Source: Octopus sinensis
Taxonomy: Eukaryota
DNA: 64,000 nt
Direction: 5' to 3'
Assembly (NCBI RefSeq): GCF_006345805.1
Contig: NC_043005.1
Coordinates: 70,742,001-70,806,000 of the forward strand
Position 1 is the stretch's first letter. Each line of letters begins with the position of its first letter. The notes beneath the pieces were generated by a model that saw only the letters and a program-made list of their open reading frames with translations, did no database searches and had not been told where the DNA came from. Shown here piece after piece: positions 13,746 through 26,867 of the stretch. Both the position numbers and the translations under genes were made by a program.

Positions 13746-14851
13746 TTCTCCTTCATGTACATGGCAGCAGGATGTGTAATTAGCATATGCTACTAATATT
13801 AAACATGTATATTCAGGATGCTCTCTCATATTAAACATTATTCAAATTTTACTTTGATATATTGTTCTGCATAACTTGCTTCCACGTTGACATTATGCCA
13901 TTGAGTACAAGTACAATTATAACTAAATAAAGTTGGAATTCTTTTCAAATAAGTAAATTCTCAAGTGGTTTATGTTCACAAGTCATTTTGCATTAGTGAA
14001 TACAATATTACTCTATATAATATGATTCAAAGTGAAATGATGCCACATTAATAACTTCATTTAAATTTACAAGAAATCCATTTTCATAGCATGTACATTC
14101 CTGTTGAAATGTTCCTTCTCAATACCATCTTATATTCTTCAAAGCCCTATTATATGGCTCAGGATCCATACTTTCGTGTGAAAGGGTGGTTTTATGAAAG
14201 TCTTAAAATTTAAAGTCTTAAAAGTCGTAAACAGCTTTTTCCATATGAATGAATATACCTTAGCAATAAGTGCTTTCAAAGCTGAATCTCTCCACTCATT
14301 GCTCCAAAATCACTTCCATATTGCTATAGGTACTGTCAAAATTCTTGCATTATCACCTTGCTGCATTAGTTGCAGCAAATATGATGCTAATTTTCCTTTA
14401 CCATGTGTACCCAGTGACATTCCAGCACAGTATGCTTAGCAGACTATATTTACAACTTGAAGATGTATATTAACTATTTTGAATAAATTGAAGTCTTGGA
14501 AATAAATCAGATAAATATATTTCAAGAATTCTATTGAGGAAGTATATTTAGAATAAACAGTGTATTTGAAGAAGTTGCAACAGTATAGCAGCAGGAAGAA
14601 GAAAAATATTACAGAATTTAGTTTCCTCCTTATCAGCAGTTGCATGTTCAAATCTCACCAAGTCTGGCTTTTTCTTTCATTTCTCTATAAAATACAAAAA
14701 TCCAATGAGGGTACTGTTTATGCTCTTAACTTGACTTACTAGAAAAACTCTTAAATCTTTTGTTGATCTCAGTATAACATCTTAAGATAGAAAAACTACA
14801 TGCATGATGTAATAATAGTACATATTCAGTAAAAGGTCAAGATGGACATAT

Positions 14852-15062
14852 TCTTTTATTCTTTTACGTGTTTCAGTCAGCCATTTGACTGCAGCCATGC
14901 TGGAGCACCGCCTTTAGTCAAGCAAATCGACCCCAGGACTTATTCTTTGTAAGCCTAGTACTTATTCTATCGGTCTTTTTTGCCGAACTGCTAAGTTATG
15001 GGACGTAAACACACCAGCATCGGTTGTCAAGCGATATTGGGGGGACAAACGCAGACACACAA

Positions 15063-15097
<35 letters not shown>

Positions 15098-15261
15098 CGA
15101 CGGGCTTCTTTCAGTTTCTGTCTACCAAATCCACTCACAAGGCTTTGGTCGGCCTGAGGCTATAGTAGAAGACACTTGCCCAAGGTGTCATGCAGTGGGA
15201 CTGAACCTAGAACCATGTGGTTGGTAAGCAAGCTACTTACCACACAGTCACTCCTGCGCCT
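14852..15261 (-). mobile_element. SINE-A
   Basis: Family match. Confidence 0.85.
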
Positions 15262-15660
15262 ATACAATAAAAGTCTCTGATCATAGTTCTAAACAGGGGT
15301 TAAGCAGCAACAGCAGAATAACACAAATGCAAAGAATATTACTGGGCTGGATTCAGTAGACCAAATCATCCCACACAAATATTGGTCTGATGTTGAAAGA
15401 AGAAAATGTTTTAAATAAATACATCAGTTTGATTTCAATAAACTGGATTAATATAACAGCATGAATTCAAACATCATTGTATTAACTTTGTATTTCATCC
15501 TTCTGGGGTTAGTAAAATAAATACCCATTTTGTATATATGACCTGCTTCCTTGCAAACATTTGTCTTTTATTCATAAGAATATTCTGTATCCCAGACCAT
15601 CTCAAATGGACTATATAAAAGAAATAATAAGTATGAAAAAGGAAATAAATTATTGATGTT

Positions 15661-15870
15661 ACTCTTTTATTTGTTTCAGTAATTTGACTGTGGCCATGCT
15701 GGAGCATTGCCGTTAGTCAAATCAAATCAACCCCAGGACTTATCCTTTGTAAGCCTAGTACTTATTCTATCGGTCTCTGTCACTGAACCACTAAGTTACA
15801 GGGACGTAAACACACCACCATCAGTTGTCAAGCGATGTTGGAGGGACAAGCACAAATACACAAACATATC

Positions 15871-15920
<50 letters not shown>

Positions 15921-16071
15921 TACGACGGGCTTCTTTCAGTTTCTGTCTACCAAATCCACTCACAAGGCTTTGGTCGGCCCGAGGCTATAGTAGAAGACAC
16001 ATGCCCAAGATTGAACCTGGAACCATGTGGTTCGTAAGCAAGCTACTTACTACACAGCCACTCCTACGCCT
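15661..16071 (-). mobile_element. SINE-A
   Basis: Family match. Confidence 0.85.
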
Positions 16072-17490
16072 ATGTTACAAGATGATAGGTTTTAAAAGAT
16101 ATATAAGCAAAAAACAAGAGGGCTTAGGGGTCATTTATCTTTCATTAGTCCTCTATAATTTTATTTCCCTTTACTTAACAAGTCTTTAAAAATCTTGCTT
16201 GAAATTTTACTGAAAGAAGCAAATGTAATCATGTCTTCCAGTCCTTTCTCCCTCGAACAGCTCCTCTTTGGAATTCATTCTGTTCTCCTAACAGTTTCAC
16301 TATCAGACTGAGCAAATCTGAATTCCAGAACTAAGTTCTTACCATAGATATGGGGGCAAAAGAGTTTGAGGGCAAATCTGCACATGATCTCATGAAGTGG
16401 CTCTCAGTTTCTGGAACAAAGGGAGGCAGAGTTCTTAAGGCAATGGCAGAAGATGAAATGAGTCTAGTCAAGGTAAAATGAAAATAAATTTCAAAAGGTG
16501 TAAATTACCCTACAATCAACTGGTTTCTTCATTTGAACTGGTTGCAACATTTAACTTTGGATAAGGGATACCTTAATCATAGAAGAAGGCTACAATGTAG
16601 ACAATGGCACAGAATGTGACAGCAGAAGGGCATCCAGGAGTCATAACCTGCATGCAGCCTGCCCACACCCTCTTAGAGTGTAAATAGTTAAAGACCAAAA
16701 TATTTGCATGAGTTTGGTTTCATTTCTGAATTGTTGCTGCTGTTCAGTTCTCCCTTGTGTAACTTACAATTTTTCTGCAGTTATGAAATAAAAATTTGTT
16801 CAAATAGAACAGTTATTACATCAATATCACCAGTCTTTGAGGGCCCATGAAGGCCATATGAGTAACTCTCCTCCTCCAGACCAACCTAATAACAAAAACA
16901 AACAAACGAAACAAAAATTTACTTCAAAAAATGTTTTTATTATTTTTACAATATTTACATTTATGATGGACTGGTGTTTACATTTAAGAGAATATCAGAT
17001 AACAATAGTTAATCCACAAAGTGTCTCTTCTATTTATTAGAATAATGAAAATATCATTAATCATTAACTAAGATTTTCATTCTGTCATCAATTCATAATT
17101 ATTTCCAGTTAGCTTTTTAATTCTGTGGTTATCAAATATGTTCATACTAAATCAATGATTCTCAAACTGACAAATATCAAACCCAGCTCCACCCGAAAAT
17201 AATAATTATGAAAGTTTTCACCTCTCTACTGATCTTTATTAATGAGAAGATGAATTATAGCCTGCATTGTTATAATTCTTTTTTACTTGACCATGGTGTT
17301 GGACATCTTAAAAAATTTTTTAAACATCTTAATTCTATTAAACATGGCAAATTTATCTGCCCCTTTACAATTTCCCAGCTTTTTCACCATATAAACACAC
17401 ACTATGCTAACTTAACTATTGAGTTTTTGAGCAGATGGTGTCTCTTAATTATTTCTTAGCAGACAAACTGAGACAGACCATCATTTAAAA

Positions 17491-17729
17491 CAATGATTCT
17501 CAACCGTTTTTTGCCTGTGGATCCCTTTAATTCCTATTTTACTCAGATAGACCCTCATAGCCACTTAGTGTTTAAAAAATGCTATTACACTTTTATAACT
17601 AAATATTATTAGGAATTGTATTAAAATAATTATAAAAATATTTTATGTATTGCAGAAGAATAACTAATTTCTAATAACAAAATCATATGGATCCCCAAGG
17701 GCCATACAGACCTTGTTTGAGAACTACTG
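17491..17729 (+). mobile_element. hAT-type MITE
   Basis: TIRs CAATGATTCTCAA / TTGAGAACTACTG; 8-bp TSD ATTTAAAA vs ATTTAAAG. Confidence 0.8.
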
Positions 17730-17864
17730 ATTTAAAGCATAAGATATTAGGTTACAATCTCTCACAGTGATTGGCCCACAAATCTTATACTGACAGGACC
17801 TCAGTCTGTTAAAACAGTTACCAAGTGTCCTGTGACCTTTGATCATGCCACAAAATTGTCAGTT

Positions 17865-20035
17865 TACTAAGCAACAAAGATTTTGATAGAGAAGACCAAA
17901 TAAGTGTTCCTAGCTAATGTTGGTATGCTGATTTTAAATCTATAATTAGATTTTTTCTATCGCATCTAGATTTTGTGTAAAAATGCAAATCACTCAGTAA
18001 AATTTCCTGCTATGTCCAAATTTTAGCTTTAATCAACTTAATGCCAGTAATATGAAACTTGCTTTGAAAGGTTAAAGCAATTTTTGTTTGCCAACTATAA
18101 GCAAGTTCTAATGATTTTGATCAATAGAATTTATCCCAAGTTGGCAACAGTAAGTTAAGAACAGTAACAGTCCAATGGTCAGTTGGTATGTGACAGTCAA
18201 GTAGGGTGGTTGTTGAAGACAGTGGTTCATCTGAAGATTCTGTTAGTGATACAGAAATAGGGAATGCTGGCATATATGTCCCAGTTGCAAGTAGTTTCCC
18301 ACATTTACCAAGCCAGGTAGATGTTAAATGACTTGGAGCCTGATTTGGAATTACCAAAAAAAAAAAAAAAAGCAGAGTTGCTTGGTTCCAGTCTTCAAGA
18401 AAGGAATTTTCTCCAGCCAAACACCAAAGATTCCCATTTCTGCCATCACCAGCTGCAGTTTTCATTATTTTGCTTACAGGAAGAAAATATTTGTTTTTGC
18501 CACAATATCTAGGGCCTGAAGGAAAAGATTGATTTTCATTATGAACCAAAAAGAATGGCAACTGTCTATTGACTTTATTAAAGCTAGCCTTAAAGCTATA
18601 TTACTGCACAGCAGCATTGAAAACTCTTCAATACCTGTAGCACATGTCACTGACCTTAATGAGACTTATGAATCAATGAAACTGCTGCTAAGGCTCACCA
18701 AATATAAGGACCACATGTAATATTTGTAGCAACCTTGAATTTGTATTGTTATTTTCTGGGTTACAGTTGAGCTACACAAAGCATATGTGCTTTATGTGTC
18801 AATGGAACAGCAGAGATGGCAAAAACCACTACAAAAAAATATGGACATCTAGAACTAAACATGTTGTTGATAAATACAATGTGAAAAACCCAGCACTTAT
18901 TGACCCTCAGAAAGTACATCTTCCACCACTTCACATTAAACTTGACCTTATGAAAATTTTCTTCCAAGGTATATATCATCAAGGTAGTGGTTTCCAATAT
19001 TTAAAGGATAAATTCAAAGGGACATTGACAGATACAAAGCTAGAAGCTGGAGTTTTCCCTGGACAATAGATCCACAATGTCATTCACCACTCATCATTTC
19101 CATCTACTCCAAATGCGAATGAAGTAGGAGCATGGACATCTTCTGTTGAAGTTGTCAAAATTTTCTTGGAAACTACAAAGCTGAAAACCACCATGAACTC
19201 ATAGAAAACATGTTTAAATTTTATGAAAATATGGGATGCAGAATGTCTTGGAAAATGCATTTATTGCATTCTCATCTTGACTTCTTCCTGGCCAACCTTG
19301 GGGTTGTGAGTGATGAGTGCTTCTGCCTGCAGATTTCAGTTAAGAAAACCAAATACCAAGGTAATATAAACCCAGATATGATTGGGGATTACTGACGATT
19401 CCTGCAGAAGGAGAGCTTGTCATCCTACAAGTGGAAAAGGAAGAGGAAACACCAAAGTTTCACTTAAGAACAGAAAGTCATCTTTCAGTAGTAACAACAA
19501 AATGCCATTTCACTTTTGGTGGATGGTGGAGCACAGGGCTGGAATTCTGTCTGTCTTACACCAGAATAAAGGAGGAAAGACATCCCTGTTCCTTTCATTA
19601 CCGTATTCATTTTGAGATGCTCTGTGTTTCTTTCAATTAATTGTAAATATAACAAAGAATTTAGTAAAATAACTTAGTTATCATTAAGCTAGTGTTAGGA
19701 TCGTAAATTGTGACTAAGGTTTGGTGGTATATTTTAATGAAAAACTTATGAAAACAAGACATTTATGCTACAAAGCCAGAGCCGGTTTTGGCCGGGTTAG
19801 TATCGAAAGGGTTAAGAATGCTTATTGTAAAATGTAACATGGAAAAGTAGCTTAGGTGGTTTTTGTAAAAGAAGTGAGTCAGATAAAAATGAAAATAAGG
19901 GTTTTCAGTTACATAAAATCTGGACAAAATAGAGAAATTTAGATGTCAGCTCTGAAATTAACATAAGAAATTTTGTAGGAATCAGTAGTTTATGCATCTG
20001 TAACAAAACAAAAGTCAAAATTTGCCTTTCAGGGT
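17865..20035 (+). mobile_element. Chapaev3-like (CMC superfamily) DNA transposon, degraded
   Basis: Fragments LNDL..DLELPK..AELLGS.LQE.N, WQLSIDFIKASLKAILLH, QLSYTKHMCFMCQWNSR, LPPLHIKLDLMK, MHLLHSHLDFF..NLG.VSDE match this transposase family as I recall it; many stops and frameshifts; ends approximate. Confidence 0.75.
19591..19811 (-). mobile_element. piggyBac-type MITE nested in Chapaev3-like element
   Basis: Reverse complement of the 7684 family; ends CGAAAGGG|TTAA. Confidence 0.8.
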
Positions 20036-20069
20036 CAGTAAACTAAGCATCAGTTCATCACTGGTGTTG

Positions 20070-20133
20070 ATGTAATTGACTTACTCCCTACATGTAATTG
20101 ACTTACTCCCTACATGTAATTGACTTACTCCCT
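20070..20133 (+). repeat. 22-bp unit x3 (ATGTAATTGACTTACTCCCTAC) inside a SINE-M remnant
   Basis: Direct inspection. Confidence 0.9.
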
Positions 20134-20199
20134 GCTGGCTTAGTGCCAAAGTTTCAAACCAATATTTTACTGTTCAAGCAAAGCTTGGAAGCAGCCATC

Positions 20200-21660
20200 C
20201 TATGGTCATTTCTGTAAAAGTGATCACCATCTTCACCTGTTTAAGTATCCTTGATAAAACATCTTGAAAAAACAATTAATGCATTTGTTACCATTCAAAC
20301 AAAGTGAATTACTACTGAGGGCAGCCCAGGGACTATCGACCATTTGGTTTTTAATAATATTCAAGAGCATTCTCCCTTCTAGGTTCTTGAAGTTTTTCTG
20401 ATCTGACAAGCTCCCTGTCATCTTTTTTTACCACTTGATGGTATATGGTGAAATCTGATCAATCCCAATTATATTTAGCTATCAAATCCTTCATGTTTGA
20501 CAGCTTCAAGTGAAAACCTATGACTGTGAAATCATGCCTGGGAATGTTATATTTGGCTTGGAAAGATTCCTTCTTGAATTTCTTTCCATTTAGAATTGCA
20601 GGTGAGGGTCATGTAGGATTCTGAGATCCCAGAGAAAATACATCATTGTGTTTGTAGCAAGGGCCAAAAATAGAACTTGAAGATAGAATGCAAGGCTACG
20701 CAAGCTCTTCTTCAGTTACACCATTAATAAATGCATCTTCTAGATACCTTTCAGAGTTTGTTCTCAGTTCTTCCTCATAAGTTCCAATGCAGCACATCAT
20801 CGTCATCATTATCATCGTTTAACGTCCGCTTTCCATGCTAGCATGGGTTGGATGATTTGACTGAGGACTGACGAACCAGATGGCTGCACCAGACTCCAAT
20901 CTGATCTGGCAGAGTTTCTCCAGCTGGATGCCCTTCCTAATGCCCACGACTCTGAGAGTGTAGTGGGTGCTTTTACATGCCACTGGCACGAGGGCCAGTG
21001 AGGCAGTACTGGCAATGGCCACGCTCAAATGGTGCTTTTTATGTGCCACCTGCACAGAAGCCAGTCCAGCGGTACTGACAACGACTTCGCTCGAATGTTT
21101 TTTCACGTGCCAATATTTCACATACTGCCTCTTAACAAATACATCCACTACAAAATGGATAGAGAAGGTTTGACTTCAATGCTGACTGTAGAAGAAACTA
21201 TCTGAACCATGTAGGAACAGGCATAGAAATCTATACATGAGATTGATTTTGAAGAATTTTATTCAGCCTGTAGTATTCCAAAGTGATATCCAATTTCACC
21301 ATTTACTTAAAGAAGAAGAGATTGCAGCACATCAGAAAATCTATGTGTCTCATTCATATTTTTTGAAAGAGCTATTTTTACACTTCAGAAGAATGTCTCT
21401 TCTCTTTTGTCATGTGATTTTTTCATTCACAGTGACAGCTATTTCATTGCATTCCGATGCATTGAAATGGTGGGCATGTTCTCTTGAGGGATTCCCATTT
21501 ACATCAATAAAAATTTGTAACTCCAAGGTGGATTTAAACTCCAGGGCACACTCGAAACTTCTCACACAGCTGTTCCTTGCATGGACCATTTCTTTCAGTC
21601 TTTCCGAATCTTTCTATCGCCTATGTTTTCTGTTCCCTTATTTCTCTAACTCTCTTCTTC
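20200..21660 (-). mobile_element. Autonomous Helitron Rep/helicase remnant (Rep N-terminal region), pseudogenised
   Basis: REHAHHFNASECNEIAV, RRDILLK, NETHRFSDVLQ, GEIGYHFGI, MTLTCNSKWKEIQEGIFP, FHLKL, YTIKW*KR correspond to RepHel motifs; interrupted by an RTE tail at 20790-21105. Confidence 0.85.
20790..21105 (-). mobile_element. RTE 3' end nested in Helitron remnant
   Basis: (ATC)n + GTTTAACGTCCG...GGATGCCCTTCCTAATGCC. Confidence 0.8.
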
Positions 21661-21756
21661 TTGTTTAGATTTTCATATGTACTTACGCTTGAATTAGGCA
21701 TCAGAGCTCATATATGAAAACTTCTTTTGTTTTTCTTTTACTTAGCAATTATATAT

Positions 21757-22167
21757 AGGTGCAGGAGTGGCTGTGTGGTAAGTAGCTTGCTTACCAAGCA
21801 CAGGGTTCCGGGTTCAGTCCCACTGTGTGGCACCTTGGGCAAGTATCTTCTACTATAGTCTTTTGGGCCGACCAAAACCTTATGAGTGGATTTGGTAGAC
21901 GGAAACTGAAAGAACACCGTCACATATATATTTATATATGTATGTGTGTATGAATATGTGTGTACGTCTGTGTTTATCCCCCCAACATTGCTTGACAACC
22001 GATGCTGGTGTGTTTATGTCCTCGTAACTTAGCGTTTGGCAAGAGAGACCAATAGAATAAGTACTAGGCTTACAAAGAATAAGTCCTGGGGTCGATTTGT
22101 TCGACTAAAGGCGGTGCTCCAGCATGGCCACAGTCAAATGACTGAAACAAATAAAAGAATAAAAGAA
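21757..22167 (+). mobile_element. SINE-A
   Basis: Family match. Confidence 0.85.
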
Positions 22168-22879
22168 TATAACTAAAGTCATTGTTTTCAATTTATACTT
22201 AACTTATATTTTTATTAAAATATGAAACACTAATGAAAGAGAATACTATAACTGGTCATGACTCTTATTTGAACTTGCATCCACAAGATTTAACTTTACA
22301 TTTATATTAAGTAAAATGAATTTAAAAAAAAAAAACAACAAAACATGAAAGGGAAAGCAAGAGTTGGTAATGACATGCGAAAAAGAAAAGGCAGATTTGC
22401 AGTAAAAAAATTTAATGAAGAAGAAAAAAAAGATGAGAAATAAAGACACCAAGAGACGAAGAAAAGAGAAAGAAAAGAAGAAGCAAAGGAACTTTTGATA
22501 TTGTAGCAAAACAGGGAAGAACAAAGACAATAAAAGAAAGATTAAAGAACAAGAATATATGGGTGGGGGAGAGAGAGAGAGAGAGGTACCAGATTTTGGA
22601 AGAAGCTGAAAAATGGGTTGAATACTAAAACAAGGATATTCAGCACTGTGGTTGCACTGGCATTAATCATTTACCAAAATGAGAGAGAAGAAAAAAGTAG
22701 ACCCACACATGTGTGGTTTGCATACATGGTCACACACACAATCAAATTTTCTCATTTATATAATAAATTCTTTCCCTGGTTTCAATCCACAGACAGTAGC
22801 CCTTTTAGGGCACCACCTTAAGTTGTAAAATAAATTCATATCAGCCTTACTATATATTTCAAATATATATTTTTATTCT

Positions 22880-23091
22880 TCTATTTTTTTTATTCTTTTA
22901 TCTTTTTCAGTCATTTCACTGCGACCATGCTGGTGCACCACCTTGAAAGGTAGTTGAACAATTTGACCCCAGGACTTATTCTTTGTAAGCCTAGTACTTA
23001 TTCTGTCAGTCTCTTTTGCCAAGCCACTAACTTATGGGGACATAAACACACCAGCATCAGTTGTCAAGTGAAAGTGGGTGGAACAAACACA

Positions 23092-23137
<46 letters not shown>

Positions 23138-24691
23138 GAGAGAGAGAGGGGGAGAGGGAGAGAGATAGGGAGAGAGAAAGGGAGAGAGAGAGAGAGAGAG
23201 CCAGAGATAAACCTCTGTACTTGGCTTTTGCTGACTTAGTGAAAGCCTTTGACAGGGTCCCCCAATCCCTTATATGGTGGTCAATGCAGAAAAGTAAGAT
23301 GAGGGTTGGCAACAAGTATAATGAAGAATTCCAAGTTGAAGCAGGGTTCACCAAGGATCAGTCCCCAGTCCCCTCTTATTCATTGTAGTCCTCCAGTCAA
23401 TAACAGAGGAATTCAAGAAAGGCTGCTCCTGGGAAGTCTTCTGTGCTGATGACCTCGCTCCAATAGCCAAGTCACTGCCAGAACTAGGGACGAAGTTTAG
23501 GTTGTGGAAGCAAGGTCTAGAATCGAAGGACCTTAGGGTTAACCTAGCAAAAACCAAAGTCTTAGTAAGTAGGAAGTCTGTCAAATCACAAGCCCCTTCA
23601 GGTAGAGGCCTGTAGAAAAGGCGCTGGTAGAAACTTAATTCAATGTACCTAGTGTAAGCTATGGACACATAAGAGGTGCAGCAATATCAAAGGAAGGTTA
23701 ACTGGGAAAATAGTTTTTGTGTGTGGCAGATGCACATGGGTAATAAACATTGAAGATGTACAGAAAACAGATTACATCACATGCCAGTGGGAGAAGCTAG
23801 AAGTAGTTAATAGCATCTGCTACTAGGCAACCAAGTCTGTAGTGGGATGGTTGCTTTGAGAGTGTAACGACTAGAATAAGAATAGCCTGGGCAAAGTTCA
23901 GGGAGCTCCTACCTCTGCTGGCAAGTAAGGGCCTCTTGCTCAGGATGAAAGGTAGACTGTATGATGCATGTGTGTGAACTGCCATGCTATATGGCAGTGA
24001 AACATGGACCATAACTGCTGGGGACATGCGTAGGCTTGAAAGAAATGAAGCTAGTATGATCTGCTGGAGGTATAATGTCAGTGTGCATACATGACAGTGT
24101 GTAAGCGCCCTGAGAGAAAAATTGGGCATAAGAAGCATCAGATGTGGTGTGCAAGAGAGACGACTGCACTGGTATGGTCATGTGTTATGTATGGATGAGG
24201 ACAGCTGAGTGAGGAAGTGCCACTCCCTAACTGTAGAAACAACCTGTGGAAGAGGTAAACCCAGGAAGACATCAGATGAGGTGGTGAAGCATGACCTTCT
24301 AACACTGGCCCTCACAGAGGCAACGACAGGAGACCGATATTTTTGGAGAAAAGCTGTGCTTGAAAAGACCCAGCTACAAAAGTGAGACCACAGTCATGCA
24401 TGTCTGGCCCAGTTAAGAGTGCCCCTAATGCATTGGGTGATATGATATGCTTGAGAAGACATTTTGAGTCAAGTAAAATCAAAAACGTAGCAGTGGCCAG
24501 TACCCACTGACTGACTTCCATGCCGATGGCACATAAAAAGCAGCATCTGAACATGGTTGATGCCAGGTCTGCGTGACTGGCTCCTGTGCTGGTGGCATGT
24601 GAAAAGCACCATTCGAAAATGGTCGATGCCAGTACTTCCTGACTAGCTCCCATGCTGGTGTCACATAAAACTCACCCACTATACTCTCAGA

Positions 24692-24738
<47 letters not shown>

Positions 24739-24902
24739 AAACAGGTTTCTTTCAGTTTCCATCTAACAAATCCACTCACAAGGCTTTGGTTGACCCGAGA
24801 CTATATTAGAAAGCACTTGCCCAAGGTGCCACACAGTGGTATTGAACCCAAAATCCTGTGTTTGAGAAGCAAGCTTCTTACCACACTGCCATGCCTGTGC
24901 CT
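22880..24902 (-). mobile_element. SINE-A split at its microsatellite by an RTE segment
   Basis: 3' half 22880-23100, 5' half 24735-24902. Confidence 0.75.
23200..24695 (+). mobile_element. RTE-clade LINE: RT, C-terminus and part of 3' UTR, degraded
   Basis: KPLYLAFADLVKAFDRVP, VHQGSVLSP-like, ADDLA, LYGSETW, LHWYGHV, GRGKPRKT motifs; minisatellite 3' UTR; terminal tail missing. Confidence 0.9.
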
Positions 24903-24974
24903 GTTATTTATTTTAAGTTAAATAGAAATTCAACTTTTACCATATCGTCAAGTGAAGGGGGTGGAGACAAACAC

Positions 24975-25062
<88 letters not shown>

Positions 25063-25067
25063 TTGTG

Positions 25068-25106
<39 letters not shown>

Positions 25107-25274
25107 CCAAAGATAAACCTCTGTACTTAGCTTTTGTTGACTTGGAGATCAGGAGAAACTTGAAATCTCAGTCAACTTAAGAAGATTAATAAATTTTACT
25201 CTATTAAATTAATGAAGTCCTACACTTAGTGAATGTTTTACTGTTTTCTATGAATTTGATAGCAATACCGAATT

Positions 25275-25359
25275 ATGCATGCATACATACATACATACAT
25301 ACATACATACATACATACATACATACATGCATGCATATATATATACACATATATATATG

Positions 25360-25391
<32 letters not shown>

Positions 25392-25560
25392 TGTATGTGT
25401 ATATGTGTGTATATATATATGTATATACACATATATATATGTACGTATGTATATATGTATATATGCTTGTGTGTATGCATAATAACACACACAAACACAC
25501 ACATGAAAACACACACACACATGCACACACAAACACAAGCATACACACAGAAATATATAT
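25275..25560. repeat. (CATA)n/(TA)n/(TATG)n/(CA)n compound microsatellite
   Basis: Direct inspection; CATA and TATG blocks are mutually inverted. Confidence 0.9.
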
Positions 25561-26039
25561 ATTCAATGAGCTTCCGTGCAGTTTCCATCTGCTAAATTTC
25601 ACTGATAAAGAATTGTTCAGCATCAAGGTGTCTTGCACTGGAACTCGACATAAAACGCGTATCAGTGAAGCTAATCTCTTTGATACACAACTTGCCTGTT
25701 GTTATCATATCTAATATAATTTCATCACCTTTCAAAAACCTTACCTGTATTTACCTTAACTGAATTCTGATGCAGTGTTAGAATATTTAACATTTCAATC
25801 TACTCACTGATCAATAGTATAGAAATAGTCAGTTATATATATAACTAATCACATATATGGAGTGGCTGTGTGGTAAGTAGCTTGCTTACCAACCACATGG
25901 TTCCGCATTCAGTTCTACGGCATGGCACCTTGGGCAAGTGTCTTCTACTATAGCCATGGGCTGATCAAAGCCTTGTGAGTGGATTTGGTAGATGGAAACT
26001 AAAAGAAGCTCATTGTGTACATATATATATATATATATA

Positions 26040-26399
26040 CTAGCAGTATCGCCCGGCGTTGCTCAGGTTTGTAAGGGAAATAACTATAAAGCATTTTTAG
26101 AGAGTTATAGCCAAAAAATAGCAAAAAAACGGGGGTAAATTTTTTTGAGAGTTAAAAAGGTCGAGTTGCGTCCCCTAGACCATCTGTGGTTTGTGTTTCT
26201 GATTGTCGACCCCATGTCGAATTTAGCGATCTTTTTCAGAACTGGGGGAACTTTTCAAAATTTTCGCTGCGTTAGTTTTGAATTATGACATTGGGCTATG
26301 TGTGTGTCAAGTTTCATCAGAATCGGTTGAAAGCCGTGGTCAGGGTGAGGGTACAACCTAACAGACACACAGACAAACTGCCGTTTATATAGAGAGAGA
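26040..26399 (-). mobile_element. Non-autonomous Helitron, complete, 360 bp
   Basis: Minus strand A|TCTCTCTCTATATAAACGG ... CCTGAGCAACGCCGGGCGATACTG-CTAG|T: TC start, hairpin, CTAG end, AT target, no TSD. Confidence 0.9.
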
Positions 26400-26400
26400 T

Positions 26401-26805
26401 ACACTCGCATCCCAAAACAGCTCTTCTACGGTGAACTCGGCCAGGGCAGGCGCAAAGTCGGAGGGCAGAAGAAGCGCTACAAGGATAGTCTCAAGGTCTC
26501 TCTCAAAGACTTCTCCATCGGAACAGAGACCTGGAAGACACTTGCTGCCAACCGCTCATCCTGGCGCAGCGCAATCACCGTGGGAGCAGGGATAGCCGAG
26601 GAGGGACGGATTTGGTCAGCAGAGCAGAAACGTCAGATGCGTAAAGCCAGAGCCGCCTGCACCAGTAGCACGGCCCCTACCCACTTCTGCCCCACCTGTG
26701 GGAGGGGCTTCCTTGCCCAGATTGGCCTCACCAGCCACCTCCGGTCTCATGGCGGCAGTTCCGTCGGATGATGTCAGTTGGTCATCTTCGAACCGAAGGA
26801 CGAAC
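26401..26805 (+). mobile_element. RTE (BovB-like) 5'-truncated 3' fragment with intact frame 26403-26771
   Basis: TRIPKQLFYGELGQGRRKVGGQKKRYKDSLK...WRSAI...CPTCGRGFLAQIGLTSHLRSH: RTE C-terminus with C2H2 finger; short 3' UTR then (TA)n. Confidence 0.9.
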
Positions 26806-26867
<62 letters not shown>

